A stretch of DNA of 64,000 bases from an uncultured Acidobacteriota bacterium (GTDB lineage Bacteria; Acidobacteriota; UBA6911). Below the pieces are notes generated by a model. It had not been told where the DNA came from, searched no databases, and was given only the letters and a program-made list of their open reading frames with translations. The stretch lies in contig CAWEJX010000008.1 in assembly GCA_963809485.1 (NCBI GenBank), positions 224,001-288,000 of the forward strand, read 5' to 3'. Position 1 is the stretch's first letter; the number at the start of each line of letters is the position of its first letter. Of the stretch, positions 45,118 through 54,074 are shown in pieces. The translations under genes were made by a program, and so were the position numbers.

Positions 45118-45423
45118 TCCGTTGGGAGATCCCCCGGCTCTGCCGGGAGGCAGTATGAGCTTGACAAATCCTGGATATTTTTTGTTCCCGGGTCCGGACA
45201 ATAATCCAGAGGGTAAACACTGGAATATCGAATGTCGAATTTCGAATATTGAACCGCAGAAGTTGGCGCCACACTTCGAGATTCATCGTTCGCTATTCGA
45301 CATTCTGCGGTTCCAAAACATCTATAGTGTATGGAACCTCTTTCATCTTTTGTCGGATGCAATCCGGCCCCTTTGAGGGCCTGGCCACCGTAAAGCCTTC
45401 GGCTCTGCCAGAGGATACTTACT
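45115..45423 (+). mobile_element. IS200/IS605-like non-autonomous element (family B)
   Basis: Left end TAATCCGTTGGGAGATCCCCCGGC-TCT-GCCGGG..TTGACAAAT; right end CCCCTTTGAGGG..AAGCCTTCGGCTCTGCCAGAGGATACTTACT; internal heptamer hairpin. Confidence 0.65.
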
Positions 45424-45499
45424 TTGAAGATTCGTGTCCGGAGTATTTCTGTTTGGGTCATAAAAATCGACTTGGGGAAATCCTCAGGGGAAATGAGGC

Positions 45500-46951
45500 C
45501 TAGCGACGGATACCGGAACTGACGTACCCTTCCCCTCGAAGGACGGTCTTCGCCGCCTGCAAAAGCTCGATTCCGACGTCCACCTTGAGAACGTAGCCCA
45601 GCGCTCCGGCCCTGAGCGCCGCACCGACAAAGTCCGGGGAATCATGCTGGGTGAGGAAAAGTATTTTCGCATCGGGGGCAACGGTGCGTATCCTGGAGGC
45701 CGCTTCCAATCCGTGGACCAATGGAAGGCCGATATCCAGCAGTACCAGGTCGGGTTTCAGTTCCGCCGCCTTTTGGACCGCTTCCGCCCCGTCCGCAGCC
45801 TCGGCCAGGAGTTTCAATTCAGGCAGTTCTTTCAATATTGTGGAGACAGCCTTGCGGAATGCCTGCCTGTCATCGGCAACGAGTATCGTTATCCCCTGCG
45901 ACTGTTGCCCGGCTTCGCTCTTGAAATCCCGATGTTCCGCAATCTCAAGCGCCGGCTGGAAAGCTCTTTCCAAAGGCAAAGCCACGTGAAATGCAGCGCC
46001 ACGGTCGGCATTATTTTCAGCCCATATCCTTCCGTTGTGTCCAAGCACAATGGAACGGCTCAGAAAAAGCCCCATGCCCAACCGGTCCGGTTTGGTTGTG
46101 ACGAATACTTTGAAGATCGAGTCAAGACTCTCTTCAGGGATTCCGGCGCCCGTGTCCACCACATCCAGGATAGCTTCCCTTTCGGTTGCCCGGGTTTTCA
46201 GGACCATCTTCCGGGGCTGGTCGGCAGATTCCATCGCTTCAAACGCGTTGACAATGAGACTCAGGATTACCTGCTGCAACTGGATGCGGTCCCCGGCAAT
46301 CGAGGGAATGGATGCGCCGAAATCCAGATCGACGGCAATTTTCCGGATAAGGAAATCATTGCGCAGGATCGACAGGACTTCCTCAATCAGTTCATTGAAC
46401 CCAAGCGGCCGGCGCTCAGTCCCAGCAGGCTTAAGCATGGATCTCAAGCCACGAACCACTTCCGCAGCCCGCCGGTCATCGGCAACAATATCCTCGACGA
46501 TTTCCTCCAATTCCTTTTTGTCCGCTGCTCCGCTTCCCATCAATAGCTGCGCCGCTTCCGCATTGCCCAGAATGGCCGCCAGCGGTTGGTTGATCTCGTG
46601 CGCCAGCGAGGATAAAAGCTCCCGCACCGCGGCGACACGCGAGAAACCTGCAAGTTCGCGGCGCAGCCGCTCCTGGCTTGCGCGAATCAATCCTTCCTTG
46701 CGTCGCCGTCCGGCAGATTTTACCAGCAAAGCGACAATGAGTATTGTCTCGATCAGGAGCAGCAATGCGATACCGGCAAGCCACCATTGGTACGATTGCC
46801 AGAATGTCGCAGCGCTGCGATCAGATTCGACAATTGACGTGGCTGCCCGTAATCCTGGTGCGGCTTGACCGGCAATGGAAATCAGCCACACGAGTTTAAT
46901 CGATCGTGCCACGTTATTGCGAGCATTGGGCATTACGGGTGAATATGTCAC
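45500..46951 (-). CDS. Hybrid membrane histidine kinase with C-terminal NarL-type receiver
   Basis: One TM segment (WWLAGIALLLLIETILIVALL), LAHEINQPL, HATPase, then ILVADD..VLLDIGLP..FLTQH..GYVLK. Start uncertain. Confidence 0.85.
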   Translation of the reverse strand: MTYSPVMPNARNNVARSIKLVWLISIAGQAAPGLRAATSIVESDRSAATFWQSYQWWLAGIALLLLIETILIVALLVKSAGRRRKEGLIRASQERLRRELAGFSRVAAVRELLSSLAHEINQPLAAILGNAEAAQLLMGSGAADKKELEEIVEDIVADDRRAAEVVRGLRSMLKPAGTERRPLGFNELIEEVLSILRNDFLIRKIAVDLDFGASIPSIAGDRIQLQQVILSLIVNAFEAMESADQPRKMVLKTRATEREAILDVVDTGAGIPEESLDSIFKVFVTTKPDRLGMGLFLSRSIVLGHNGRIWAENNADRGAAFHVALPLERAFQPALEIAEHRDFKSEAGQQSQGITILVADDRQAFRKAVSTILKELPELKLLAEAADGAEAVQKAAELKPDLVLLDIGLPLVHGLEAASRIRTVAPDAKILFLTQHDSPDFVGAALRAGALGYVLKVDVGIELLQAAKTVLRGEGYVSSGIRR

Positions 46952-47132
46952 GGGTCATCTATTGCGTCAAGCAACAAACAGTTACCCGATGGATCCAAAT
47001 TCCTTGAGTCCTGGAGGCTTGGAAGTTAACAATAATGCGGATTCTCCCACGCCGGAGTTCCTTCAAGGCATTGACACCCGCTATTGCCTGTGGTTTGCTG
47101 GAAGGCAGGGCGGTGAACGAGGGATATACTAT

Positions 47133-48161
47133 ATGGAAGAAAAGACAAACCAGTTTTGCGCCACGACGGATGAGCTGCCGGCCATGATCTGGGCGTCAGG
47201 CCCGGATGGGCTCCGGATATACTTCAACAGGCGTTGGCTTGATTTCACCGGGCGGCCCATTCAATTGGAACTCCATGGCCGGTGGACCGAAGGTGTTCAC
47301 CCGGATGACCTCACGCGCTGCCTGGGTCTCTATTCCAGAATCCTTGATCTACGGCAGGAATTTCGGGTCGAATACAGATTGCGCCGCTTTGACGGGCAAT
47401 ATCGCTGGGTGCTTGAAACCGGCGCCCCTTGCCTTGACACAGACGGATCGTTGACCGGCTACAGCGCGGTCTGCTTCGACATCACGGAAAGCAAGGCTGA
47501 CGCCGAAGCACTCTCGCGAGCCACCCGGCGTCTTATTGAGGCACTGGACCAGGAACGCATTCGAATCGCAGGAGAGCTTCACGAAGACATCGGTTCCTCA
47601 CTGTCAATCCTGGGCATTGAGCTGATGAGAGCCGGCCAGCCGGTTGAGGGCTCATCCGGGGTAAAATATCCGGACATGCAGGAGATCTATCAAAAGCTGC
47701 AGGAAATTGGATCAAAGGTTAGCCGCCTTTCCAATCAATTGCAGCCCTCGATACTGAAGTACTTCGGGCTGGCAAAAGCGGCCGAAAGCGAATGCCGGGA
47801 GTTTTCCAAAATGCACCAGGTACCTGTATCTTGTTCCTGCAACAGTATCCCCGCCAGGCTGGATCCTGATGTTGCGCTCAATTTCTACAGAGTTTTGCAG
47901 GAAGCACTCAGCAATGCGGCCAGACATGGCCACGCCATCGGCATAGCCGTGGATTTGACCGGAACCTCCGATGAACTCCATCTCGTGGTGTCGGATGACG
48001 GGATTGGCTTCGATGCGGGGCATGAATGCTTTCCGGGTGGGCTTGGCCTGATCAGCATGCGGGAGAGAATGCGACGGGTCGGCGGCCAATTGGAAATATC
48101 TTCCCGGCCGGGCCGGGGGGCAAAAATATCGTGCCGCGCACCACTGGCTCCATCCATATAG
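47133..48161 (+). CDS. PAS + HisKA_3 (NarX/UhpB-type) histidine kinase
   Basis: PAMIWASGPDG..VHPDD..EYRLRR, ERIRIAGELHEDIG, QEALSNAARH, DDGIGFD, GLGLISMRER. Confidence 0.9.
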   Translation: MEEKTNQFCATTDELPAMIWASGPDGLRIYFNRRWLDFTGRPIQLELHGRWTEGVHPDDLTRCLGLYSRILDLRQEFRVEYRLRRFDGQYRWVLETGAPCLDTDGSLTGYSAVCFDITESKADAEALSRATRRLIEALDQERIRIAGELHEDIGSSLSILGIELMRAGQPVEGSSGVKYPDMQEIYQKLQEIGSKVSRLSNQLQPSILKYFGLAKAAESECREFSKMHQVPVSCSCNSIPARLDPDVALNFYRVLQEALSNAARHGHAIGIAVDLTGTSDELHLVVSDDGIGFDAGHECFPGGLGLISMRERMRRVGGQLEISSRPGRGAKISCRAPLAPSI

Positions 48162-48372
48162 CCGCCAGAGCGTTACAGCAGGCACTGCGCGGTATAAAGC
48201 TTGAGGGAGTTTTTCCTTCGCCCTCCTCCTGCGGCAAGCTTTTCCAGGCTTAACCAAAGTATAAATTGAAAAACTCGCCAAAATCTGCAAAATTGACTTC
48301 TGGACGCAAGAGAATATTGGCCAAGCGGCAGGCAGAGGGCTCTCTGTTGATCTCCATGGGAGAAAAATAGCA

Positions 48373-49032
48373 GTGGCAAAATTCCGCGTAGTGCTTGCGG
48401 ATGACCACAAATTGGTGTTGCAGGCGTGCGCCAAGATGCTGGAATCCGAATTCGATGTTCCCGCAGTCTTTACGGATGGACGGGCTCTGCTCAAGGCCGT
48501 GCCTGCGCTCAAGCCGGATGCCATCGTACTCGATATCGGCATGCCTCTCTTGAACGGATTGGATGCCGGCAGACAGTTGAAAACGCTGCTGCCATCGGTG
48601 AAGCTGATCTTTCTTACGATGCATGAGGATCCCGGCCTTGCCCACGAAGCGATCCAGGCCGGAGCCTCGGCCTTTTTGCTCAAGACATCCGCCGCCGCAG
48701 AACTCTCCAAAGCTATCCGCGAAGCACTCAAGGGACGCGTGTACGTGACGCCGGCCATAGCCAGGAAGATGGAGGAATCGTTTATCCGCAATCCGGAGGC
48801 CAAGCATGCCTCAAGGGAATTAACCCCGCGCCAGCGCGAGGTCCTGCAGTTGCTGGCCGAAGGCCGCCCGATGAAAGAAGCAGCTTACATACTGAAGGTG
48901 AGCACCCGAACCATCGCGTTCCACAAGTATCGAATGATGGAACAACTGGGATTGAAAAGCTCTGCAGAGCTCATCCAGTTCGCCGTCAGCCAGCATCTTG
49001 TATCCCGGCAGCCTGACCTGACGCTGGATTGA
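48373..49032 (+). CDS. NarL/LuxR-family response regulator
   Basis: VVLADDH, LDIGMPLLNGLDA, FLTMH, LTPRQREVLQLLAEGRPMKEAA..TIAFHKYRMM; GTG start. Confidence 0.93.
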   Translation: MAKFRVVLADDHKLVLQACAKMLESEFDVPAVFTDGRALLKAVPALKPDAIVLDIGMPLLNGLDAGRQLKTLLPSVKLIFLTMHEDPGLAHEAIQAGASAFLLKTSAAAELSKAIREALKGRVYVTPAIARKMEESFIRNPEAKHASRELTPRQREVLQLLAEGRPMKEAAYILKVSTRTIAFHKYRMMEQLGLKSSAELIQFAVSQHLVSRQPDLTLD

Positions 49033-49197
49033 TTGGCTGAATCAAGGCTGGCAAGGAGATTGGGTTCTGCCATATCCGCGTTTGCTTAATGCCTGGCCTG
49101 TTCGTGTCCGCAGACCTGGCCAAACCCATCCGTGGAAAGCCCCGGGCCTGGAAATCAGTAAATTCTGGAGTCTTTGAGGCAGAGGCCGGGCAAACCA

Positions 49198-49213
49198 CTG
49201 TCATTGTTTACAG
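49198..49213. promoter_or_regulatory. CTGTMA-N4-TKACAG operator
   Basis: CTGTCATTGTTTACAG upstream of 49406. Confidence 0.72.
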
Positions 49214-49280
49214 TCCCTCCGGGATTCGTGCCCTGGGTTGCCGCCCCGGTTGCGTCCGCACTTCATACGCTGCCGATCGA

Positions 49281-49296
49281 CTGTAACAATTGACAG
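49281..49296. promoter_or_regulatory. CTGTMA-N4-TKACAG operator
   Basis: CTGTAACAATTGACAG; its TTGACA could double as a -35 with TAAAAT at 49311 (short spacer). Confidence 0.72.
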
Positions 49297-49405
49297 TTCG
49301 CAAGAGCCGGTAAAATAGTGAAAAATCCCCCTGCATGAAGCGCCTCGGAAACTTTCGAGGATACGTAGTTAGTTTACGGATGTCACCTAATCATGGAGGA
49401 AAGCT

Positions 49406-49891
49406 ATGAGACATCGCGGAGTCATGTTGATGCTTGTTGCCGCCGCATGTTTGTTCACCGGAACCGGATGGGCACAGACTGCCAGCGAGGATGGGGTTCA
49501 AACCTACCTCGATCTGATGCGCAAAGACATGCGCAAGGAAAAACAGTCGATCGTGGATCAGGCTATGGAGCTCGAGGCCGCCCAAAAATCTCAATTCTGG
49601 GCAATTTACAAGGACTACCAGGCCGCGCTTGATGCGATCTGGGACCAGCGAATCGCCAACATCAAGATGTACGCGGACAACGCCGAAAAAATGACGGACG
49701 CGGTTGCCGATCAACTCGCGGCCAAAATGGTGGATCTCGAAACCCAGAGGACAGCACTCAGGAAGAAATATTATGACGTGTACAAACAGAAAATGGGATC
49801 GCGCATAGCTGCGCGTTTCCTTCAGGTCGAATTTTCGCTCGCATGCCTCATCGACCTTCAGCTTGCATCGGAGATACCGCTGCTGCAGTAG
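49406..49891 (+). CDS. Exported alpha-helical protein (Spy/CpxP-like)
   Basis: GGAGGA RBS, signal peptide, MELEAAQKSQFWAIYKDYQ, AARFLQVE, LQLASEIPL. Confidence 0.75.
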   Translation: MRHRGVMLMLVAAACLFTGTGWAQTASEDGVQTYLDLMRKDMRKEKQSIVDQAMELEAAQKSQFWAIYKDYQAALDAIWDQRIANIKMYADNAEKMTDAVADQLAAKMVDLETQRTALRKKYYDVYKQKMGSRIAARFLQVEFSLACLIDLQLASEIPLLQ

Positions 49892-50048
49892 GGCTTATGC
49901 CCTTGCCGGGGAATCCTGAGATCTTTCGCTCCTTGGCTTCCCGGCGCTTTAATGAACCTGAGTTGCAGGACCGAGGATATTGCACATGCCATACATGATT
50001 CTGCCCGGTATTAGAAACATCCGATGTCGGAGAAAAGGAGCTATATAG

Positions 50049-50282
50049 ATGTGCCTTTCGCCTGAAATGTTCTGCTGCGGGTGTCTGATGGAATCCTTCG
50101 GGCAGTTACTCCGATATCCCGTTGAAGAGATTGAAAATGGGTTAAGGCTGTGCTCCAAGCATAAGCTGGAATATCTTGCAAAGACGCTGACGCTGAATTT
50201 CCCGGCCGTTGGCGGCGGGGGCATTGCAGTGCCTCCGTCGCAATCGGCTTTGCCGTCGTCCTCGTCATTTATCCGGATATAG
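50049..50282 (+). CDS. Small hypothetical Cys-rich protein
   Basis: AAGGAG RBS; CCGC..LCSKH; same strand as the downstream zf-HC2 gene. Confidence 0.4.
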   Translation: MCLSPEMFCCGCLMESFGQLLRYPVEEIENGLRLCSKHKLEYLAKTLTLNFPAVGGGGIAVPPSQSALPSSSSFIRI

Positions 50283-50346
50283 CGGAAAAACCGGCGAGTC
50301 AAAGGACCTTCGCGGGATTCTACCCGCCAAGAAGGGAGGCTGAATC

Positions 50347-50568
50347 GTGAAATGCAGTTTTGAGAGCTTGTGCGCATATCTCAACGACCAATTGAACGAG
50401 CGACGCAACCATGAGGTATTCGCACATCTCCAGGAATGTGAAATATGCCTGGAGGCCGTGGTTACAATGCTCCAGGACCGTGATTTCGCCAAATGCTCCG
50501 CGAGCGTCCCTGAAATCCATAGCCCGGAACCGACAGGCCTACCCATGACCCGCCAGGTATCGCTATAG
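50347..50568 (+). CDS. zf-HC2 (ZAS anti-sigma-like) small protein
   Basis: GGAGG RBS, GTG start; LCAYLNDQL...HLQECEIC (HxxxCxxC). Confidence 0.72.
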   Translation: MKCSFESLCAYLNDQLNERRNHEVFAHLQECEICLEAVVTMLQDRDFAKCSASVPEIHSPEPTGLPMTRQVSL

Positions 50569-50713
50569 ACGCCTTCGGCCGCAGTCCAATATTGCCGATT
50601 CCAGCATATTCGACCTTTCTCACCATATTTATGCAAAGGAAATCGGCAACCTCCGGTAAAGCCAAATACTTGATGGCAGGCCCCTTAAAGCGGTCGCATG
50701 AGCTTCACTAGCC

Positions 50714-50885
50714 GTAAGTATCCTCCGTCAGAGCCGGAGGCAAGACTTGAACCGCTCAAAGCGGTTGGAGGAGTTACGCCGACCCTCGCCGAACAAATCG
50801 GCCTTTGTCAGCGCTTTTGTCAGCGTATCTCAGCGTTTCAAAATACGTCAGACTCTGTGAGCCCCAGCAAAGCCGGGTGATTTCC
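50714..50885 (-). mobile_element. Family A element, minimal/chimeric copy A4
   Basis: AACCGCTCAAAGCGGTT core and CAGCG repeats as in A1; interior joined at CGCCG; outer end GTAAGTATCCTCCG matches the family B right end. Confidence 0.65.
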
Positions 50886-50945
50886 GATGCACTCAGGATG
50901 GGTTTACATCCATCCTACCTAGTTTCTGTCGCGAAACTGGTTTGT

Positions 50946-51124
50946 GCCGCGTAGCGGCACTATGATTTTAGCCCGGCCTTTCAAGGCCGGGAACCATGGT
51001 ACAGCGAGCAGCGCGTCGCGTAGCGACGCCTGAGATTCAGCCGTCGCTACGCGACGGAAAACTTAACTCCTTTCGACCCAGGCCTTAAAAGGCCTGGCTA
51101 AATTCAGCTGGCCGCTACGCGGCC
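50946..51124. repeat. Composite REP-like palindromic element, copy 2
   Basis: GCCGCGTAGCGGC..CCCGGCCTTTCAAGGCCGGG..CGTCGCGTAGCGACG..CCAGGCCTTAAAAGGCCTGG..GCCGCTACGCGGC. Confidence 0.82.
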
Positions 51125-51218
51125 TGACTCCAATTATCGGCTTCTATGTAATATCAAATATCCTATTGACGGTTGAAAAATCTGGCTTTTTCACAAAACC
51201 CGAGTTTCGCGACGAAAA

Positions 51219-51920
51219 CTACCTGGGAGTCGTTTTCTTTTTTTTCAGGATTACGCGGCAGGGGCCGGCATCTCCCTTTTCTATCCGCAGCGGCAAACAT
51301 ATAAGCTCGTATCTCCCCGGCTTGACTCCGGCCAGATTCAGCGCTTCGAGGATATAGATGCCGTTGCCTAAAAAGGCCTTGTGGACATCGCCGACATTTT
51401 CCATCGGATCCGCGCTGGCGACAGAAATATAGTCGATCCCAACCAGCCGTATCTTTTTTTCCGCCAGGTATCGGGCAGCCTCGAGCGAGATCGTGACGAA
51501 CTTTCCGGCATATTGCCTTGTAGCCCAGACTCCAGGTGAATTTTTCGTCTTGAACAGGATGCGTTCACCGGCCCTGATTTTATAGGGTTTGAGTTCCTTC
51601 ACCGTAACCGATTGATCATTCTTGATTCCGATAACCCGGCAAGGACCGATTGTGGTGTCCAGGGGCATCGCGTCGATCGTCGTACCGCCCGGGATAAAGT
51701 GCAGGGGAGCATCGATGTGGGTGCCGTCATGCGATGTCATTTCGATGCGCGACATTGTCACCTTGTCGCCTTTGTCCACATCGAAAAAGCGGTACACCGT
51801 CGCCAGCGGGACGCTGACTTCAGGAGGCGGCGGCTGCCCGGGCTGCGGTGGCATTGCCGGCGGGATAGGAATTTCCTTATTCAGAGGAAGGGTAATGTCG
51901 AACCATTCTGTTTTTGCCAT
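51219..51920 (-). CDS. Cyclase-family metal hydrolase (kynurenine formamidase-like)
   Basis: SHDGTHIDAPLHF (HxGTHxDxPxH), LVGIDYIS, ILEALNL, LPLRIEKGDAGPCR. Confidence 0.9.
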   Translation of the reverse strand: MAKTEWFDITLPLNKEIPIPPAMPPQPGQPPPPEVSVPLATVYRFFDVDKGDKVTMSRIEMTSHDGTHIDAPLHFIPGGTTIDAMPLDTTIGPCRVIGIKNDQSVTVKELKPYKIRAGERILFKTKNSPGVWATRQYAGKFVTISLEAARYLAEKKIRLVGIDYISVASADPMENVGDVHKAFLGNGIYILEALNLAGVKPGRYELICLPLRIEKGDAGPCRVILKKKKTTPR

Positions 51921-51982
51921 TTTATATACCCCCAAGATTGAAGAATGTGAAAAGCGGGTGCCGGGTAATGAACCGTCCTGGT

Positions 51983-54067
51983 TCACGGCGTTACTTTGCT
52001 CTCCAGGACAACGATGCTCCGCGCATCCACCCGGTAGTGCCCAAGGCGGACAACCGGCTGCCGTGTCTTTTCGACAATGTCCGCCTGGGAAGGCTGCGAC
52101 GTGTCAACAGCCCGGTACCATTGCAAGCCGGGTACGGCCGGCACCTCCATCTCGACCGCTTTGTCGGACATATTCAGCATGATATGCAGGTCCTCCTCGG
52201 CTTCCGTCAATCGGCCAAGCGTATACGCAAGGACATGCGCATTGCAGTCGTTCCAGCACGGCTCATGAAGCCGCCGGCCATGCCAGGTCACATCGGGAAG
52301 CCTTCCGGCTGCCGGCTGCCCCGTCAGGAATGACGTCCTTGCAAGACACGGATGCCGCCCGCGAAAAGCGATCATCTCCGTTACAAAACGGAGCATATCG
52401 CTGTTCTCCTCCGTCAATTTCCAATCGAGCCAGCTCAATTCGTTGTCCTGGCAGTATCCGTTGTTGTTGCCGCGCTGGGTTCCAAAAACCTCGTCGCCGG
52501 ACCGGAGCATGGGGATTCCATGGCTCAGGAAAAGCAGGGCAATGAAATTCTTCGCCTGGCGCTTTCTCAGCCTCCTGATTTCGGGATCATTGGTTTCCCC
52601 TTCCGCGCCGCAGTTCCAGCTCGCATTGTCATTGCAGCCGTCTCTGTTGCCCTCGCCGTTTTCTTCATTATGCTTGCTGCTGTAAGTGACAAGATCCCTG
52701 AGCGTGAATCCGTCGTGGCACGTTACGAAATTGATGCTGTTAATCGGGAGCCTCCCATCCGGCTCATACAGATCGCTGCTGCCCGAAAGACGTGTTGCGA
52801 CCTCGCCGATCAAACCCGGATCGCCGCGCACGAAGCGCCGCATGACATCCCTGTACCGCCCGTTCCACTCCGCCCACCGTAATCCCGGAAACCCTCCGAC
52901 CTGGTAGAGGCCGCCGGCGTCCCACGCTTCCGCGATGAGCCTCGCATTGCCGAGGACGTGGGAAAGCTCGATGTACCAGGGCATGGGCGCATACTGCAGC
53001 GGGGCGCCGTCCGTCCCCCTGACGAGAACGCTGGCCAGATCGAACCGGAAGCCGTCCACGTGCATCTCGCGCACCCAATATTCCAGGCAATCCATCAAAA
53101 AAACCGTCACTATGGGAAAGTTGCAGTTGATGGTATTGCCGCAGCCCGTGTAGTCCCGGTAGACGGAGAGATCGTTGGGATCCAGGTGATAAAAATTCCG
53201 GTTGCCAAGCCCCTTAAAATTGATTGTGGCCCCGTCGGCGCCTCCCTCCGCCGTATGATTCAGGACGACATCCAGAATCACCGCGATGCCTGCTTTGTGC
53301 AGAGCCTTAACCATATCCCGGAATTCGAGCACATGGGTTCCCTTCTCCGCCGACACGCAGTAGCCGGGATGAGGCGAGAAAAAACTGTGGGTGCTGTAAC
53401 CCCAGTAGTTAGTCAGTCCCCTTGCTGCAACAGCTTTGGGAACATCCTGCTCGTCGAAAGCCATGACGGGCATCAACTCCAAATCCGTAACCCCAAGCGA
53501 TTTCAGATAGGGGATTTTCTCGACAACCCCGGAAAAGGTGCCTGGATGCCTAACCCCGGACGAGGCATGGCGCGTAAAGCCCCCAACGTGCATTTCATAA
53601 ATGATGGACTGCTCCGCAGGCCGATGAACCGGCTGATCCCCTTCCCAATCATATCCGTCGTCGCAGACTACAATGCCACGTATCGACGCGTCGGTGTTGT
53701 CCCCGATCCTGCCGGCGCGCTGCCGGTCCCATAAAAGATCGCAGACGGCGCGCGCCCGCGGATCCACGAGAGCCTTTTGCCTGTCAAAACGATATCCCGA
53801 CCGCCCGTTCTGCGGGCCGCCGATTCTCCAGGCATAGAACACACCGGGGGGCAATCCGTAAAGATACACATGCCAGAATGAATAGGTCCGGTTCTTGACC
53901 GGATCAAGAGTTACGATCTGGAAAGGCTCCCGGCTGTCGGCGCACTCGAAAAGCAATAGTTCCGCACTTGTCGACCGCGTGCCCCACAGAGTGAAATTTG
54001 TTCCTTCGGCATCCGTCGTTACGCCGAATGGAGAGCGGCTTCCCGGACCTACAGGGTATTGCTTCAT
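51983..54067 (-). CDS. glgX: Glycogen debranching enzyme (GH13)
   Basis: IYEMHVGGFT, NYWGYST, DVVLNHTAEG, VDGFRFDLAS, AEAWDAGG, NFVTCHDGFTL, GNNNGYCQDN. Confidence 0.95.
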   Translation of the reverse strand: MKQYPVGPGSRSPFGVTTDAEGTNFTLWGTRSTSAELLLFECADSREPFQIVTLDPVKNRTYSFWHVYLYGLPPGVFYAWRIGGPQNGRSGYRFDRQKALVDPRARAVCDLLWDRQRAGRIGDNTDASIRGIVVCDDGYDWEGDQPVHRPAEQSIIYEMHVGGFTRHASSGVRHPGTFSGVVEKIPYLKSLGVTDLELMPVMAFDEQDVPKAVAARGLTNYWGYSTHSFFSPHPGYCVSAEKGTHVLEFRDMVKALHKAGIAVILDVVLNHTAEGGADGATINFKGLGNRNFYHLDPNDLSVYRDYTGCGNTINCNFPIVTVFLMDCLEYWVREMHVDGFRFDLASVLVRGTDGAPLQYAPMPWYIELSHVLGNARLIAEAWDAGGLYQVGGFPGLRWAEWNGRYRDVMRRFVRGDPGLIGEVATRLSGSSDLYEPDGRLPINSINFVTCHDGFTLRDLVTYSSKHNEENGEGNRDGCNDNASWNCGAEGETNDPEIRRLRKRQAKNFIALLFLSHGIPMLRSGDEVFGTQRGNNNGYCQDNELSWLDWKLTEENSDMLRFVTEMIAFRGRHPCLARTSFLTGQPAAGRLPDVTWHGRRLHEPCWNDCNAHVLAYTLGRLTEAEEDLHIMLNMSDKAVEMEVPAVPGLQWYRAVDTSQPSQADIVEKTRQPVVRLGHYRVDARSIVVLESKVTP

Positions 54068-54074
54068 GTTTTTC

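Noticed and set aside
19028-49296. CTGT-N8-ACAG read as a gammaproteobacterial LexA SOS box
   Set aside because: The inner consensus is MA-N4-TK rather than (AT)4, and no associated gene is a DNA-repair gene. Kept as a LuxR/NarL-type operator instead.
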